A stretch of 64,000 bases of DNA from Magallana gigas (taxonomy: Eukaryota): positions 57,412,001 to 57,476,000 of the forward strand of contig NC_088855.1 in NCBI RefSeq assembly GCF_963853765.1, in the 5' to 3' direction. The notes below the pieces were generated by a model. That model saw only the letters and a program-made list of their open reading frames with translations. It was not told the origin of the DNA and searched no databases. Of the stretch, positions 63,591 through 64,000 are shown piece after piece. The translations under genes and the position numbers were made by a program. Every line of letters begins with the position of its first letter. Position 1 is the first letter of the stretch.

Positions 63591-64000
63591 TTATTGCATT
63601 CTTTATTTGCACAAGACATACATCTTATGGCAACAGGTTGTTACATAAAATTAGATAGCAATATTAAGAGCCATATGGTAAAGTACATTGACAATGTATA
63701 TATAATAAATTTTTTCTCACAGCTGAAAAAAAAACTGGAGATTTTTGAACACTTTTTGAACACTTTTTGAAATTTGTATACAGAAGGTTTTTTTCCAATA
63801 AATGTTTCTTTATATATTTTAGTAAATTACTCGGATTTATCTATACTGTTGACATATCAATACAAAATGTAATGCATCTTCGATATCAAAACAAAATTTA
63901 CAAAAACGTCTTTCCTTTGGTACATTCGTGTGTCATGTGATAGTATGCTCTATCCTCCTGAGAATACATTGGTACAGTTCAGTCTTTATCCTCTGAATGT

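Overview
AT-rich, intron-containing animal genomic DNA, most likely an oyster (Crassostrea/Magallana). That assignment is inferred from non-autonomous Helentron elements carrying a ~165-bp satellite-like array. I reconstructed eight protein genes by hand from GT-AG splice sites and reading-frame continuity: an intronless divergent 7TM receptor (+), a small secreted glycopeptide gene (+), a secreted two-vWA-domain protein (-), two diverged paralogous ~8-TM proteins with an internal duplication (TP53I11-like; one on each strand), a calpain lacking the EF-hand domain (-), a membrane-anchored CysJ-like diflavin (FMN/FAD/NADPH) reductase (-), and SSRP1 (-). The left end holds a local segmental duplication with a pseudo-exon. 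Introns carry nested non-autonomous transposons (Helentron, Kolobok-like, Tc1/mariner-like MITEs, SINE fragments, long-palindrome elements) and many minisatellites. The strongest leads are (i) repeated intronic tandem arrays built from exon-intron junctions in four genes, (ii) the reductase, which fits none of the usual animal diflavin reductase classes, (iii) the orphan 8-TM paralogue pair, and (iv) elements with long terminal palindromes capped by GCGNAGC mini-hairpins. Exon coordinates were read by eye, and family assignments were made from motifs without database searches.
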